Positions 31,934 to 32,860 of a DNA stretch of 32,860 nt are shown here, one piece after another. Below the pieces are notes generated by a model, which saw only the letters and a list, made by a program, of their open reading frames with translations, ran no database searches and was not told the origin of the DNA. Position numbers and translations under genes: made by a program. Numbering within the stretch: position 1 is the first letter of the stretch; the number at the start of each line of letters is the position of its first letter. Where the stretch lies: NCBI GenBank assembly GCA_045807605.1, contig JBJMGZ010000279.1, forward strand, positions 1-32,860, written 5' to 3'. This DNA comes from Thermoanaerobaculia bacterium (GTDB lineage Bacteria; Acidobacteriota; Thermoanaerobaculia; Multivoradales; UBA5704).

Positions 31934-32716
31934 ATGGGCACGGCGGTCCGTCAATCACAGGCGCGCGGAGGGCACGTTCCGTTGCAGCAAACGAAAAAGA
32001 AGGGCCAAGTCCCTCTCGAAAGGGCGCTCTCCAAGCTCGGCCTGGCCTCGCGGACCGAGGCGCGGGCCCTGATCCGCGACGGCCGGGTGGCGGTGGACGG
32101 CCGTCCGGTGATCGATCCGCTCTTCGCGGTGGTGCCCGAGAGCGCCCACATCGAGATCGACGGACAGAAGGCGGAGCTTCCCCGGTCCTTGACGATTCTG
32201 CTCCACAAGCCACGCGGCGTGGTGACGACCCGCTCGGACCCCGAGGGCAGGCCGACCGTCTACGCCTGCCTGGAGGGCCTGGACGCCCACGTCGTGCCCG
32301 TCGGCCGGCTGGACGCCGCCACCTCGGGCCTCCTCCTGCTTACGAATGACTCCCGCTTTGCCGACTGGGTGACCGACCCAAGGAATGAAATTCCGCGGGT
32401 CTACCTGGTGACCGTGAGGGGGGAGCTGTCCGACGAGGAGGCCCGCCGCCTGGAGGAGGGGATCGTGACGGTCCGCAAGCGCTCGAAGCGGGAGACCCAC
32501 CTTGTGGTGGAGCTGACCGAGGGCAAGAACCGCGAGATCCGCAGGATGCTGGCCCGTGTCGGCCACGAGGTCACGAAGCTCAAGCGGGTGTCCTTCGGGG
32601 GACTGGAGCTGGGGGAGCTGCCGCCAGGGGAGTGGCGGGAGGTGACGACAGAGGCGCTGCGGGGGACTTTTCCTGGAGCGCCTTTGCGGTATACTTCTCT
32701 CGGAGACGAACGATGA
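31934..32716 (+). CDS. Pseudouridine synthase, RsuA/RluB family (S4 domain + catalytic domain)
   Basis: The S4-like region is 'LERALSKLGLASRTEARALIRDGRVAVDGRPV'. The catalytic Asp motif is 'VGRLDAATSGLLLLTND', followed by 'EGKNREIRRMLARVGHEV'. ATG 31934 has no SD. TTG 31982 with GGAGGG 9 nt upstream is a plausible alternative start. Confidence 0.85.
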   Translation: MGTAVRQSQARGGHVPLQQTKKKGQVPLERALSKLGLASRTEARALIRDGRVAVDGRPVIDPLFAVVPESAHIEIDGQKAELPRSLTILLHKPRGVVTTRSDPEGRPTVYACLEGLDAHVVPVGRLDAATSGLLLLTNDSRFADWVTDPRNEIPRVYLVTVRGELSDEEARRLEEGIVTVRKRSKRETHLVVELTEGKNREIRRMLARVGHEVTKLKRVSFGGLELGELPPGEWREVTTEALRGTFPGAPLRYTSLGDER

Positions 32717-32860
32717 CAGCCTACACGACTCGGGAAGCGGAAGCGAGGTTCGGCGAGATCCTGCGCAGGGTTCGGGAAGGGGAGCGGGTGGTTCTCGTCG
32801 AAGAGGGGAAGGACGTGGCGGAGATCCGGCCCCTCCATGGCGAGGGCTCCTCGCAGGAGG
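32713..32860 (+). CDS. Phd/YefM-family type II antitoxin (partial, runs off window end)
   Basis: It is not in the ORF track because no stop is reached. The ATG at 32713 overlaps the upstream TGA (ATGA). The translation is 'MTAYTTREAEARFGEILRRVREGERVVLVEEGKDVAEIRPLHGEGSSQE'. This fits the antitoxin N-terminal pattern (xEAKAxxSELLxRVxxGExVxITxxGKPVAxLxP). Confidence 0.7.
   Translation, partial: MTAYTTREAEARFGEILRRVREGERVVLVEEGKDVAEIRPLHGEGSSQE

Overview
This is a high-GC (roughly 70% by eye) bacterial chromosomal window. Long RGPA-rich shadow ORFs occur in nearly every frame, so I called genes from protein-like composition, recognisable motifs, start-codon/SD context and start/stop overlaps. 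I support 26 CDS. I found no rRNA, tRNA, CRISPR array, transposase or integrase. Positions 79-25535 form a dense glycan assembly and decoration island. It holds seven GT2 domains, several fused to GT4, methyltransferase, sulfotransferase or GT-C membrane domains. It also holds four GT-C-like polytopic membrane proteins or domains, four class I SAM methyltransferase domains, one sulfotransferase domain and one GalE-like epimerase domain fused to a membrane protein. Three signal-peptide proteins are embedded in it: a beta-helix protein, a 7-blade FG-GAP propeller and a small 'TPCR' domain protein. Positions 25648-32860 are mostly housekeeping: tonB-like, GerMN-like lipoprotein, folA, thyA, lemA, an RsuA/RluB-family pseudouridine synthase and a truncated Phd/YefM antitoxin. 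Within this stretch sits an operon of two signal-peptide-less zinc metalloproteases, one M4/thermolysin-like and one astacin-like with a PPC-type C-terminus. My best candidates for something undescribed are three. First, the repeated pairing of Dpm1/GtrB-like GT2 modules with GT-C membrane proteins around secreted proteins, which may be an extracytoplasmic glycosylation system. Second, a 101-bp element at 23065-23165 made of four CACGGAC heptamers and four inverted GTCCGTG heptamers, each set in exact 10-bp phase, covering the start of a membrane-epimerase fusion gene. Third, the metalloprotease pair. All family assignments come from motif recognition by eye, not from database searches. A taxonomic guess of Acidobacteriota-like (from TonB style and gene content) is weak inference.
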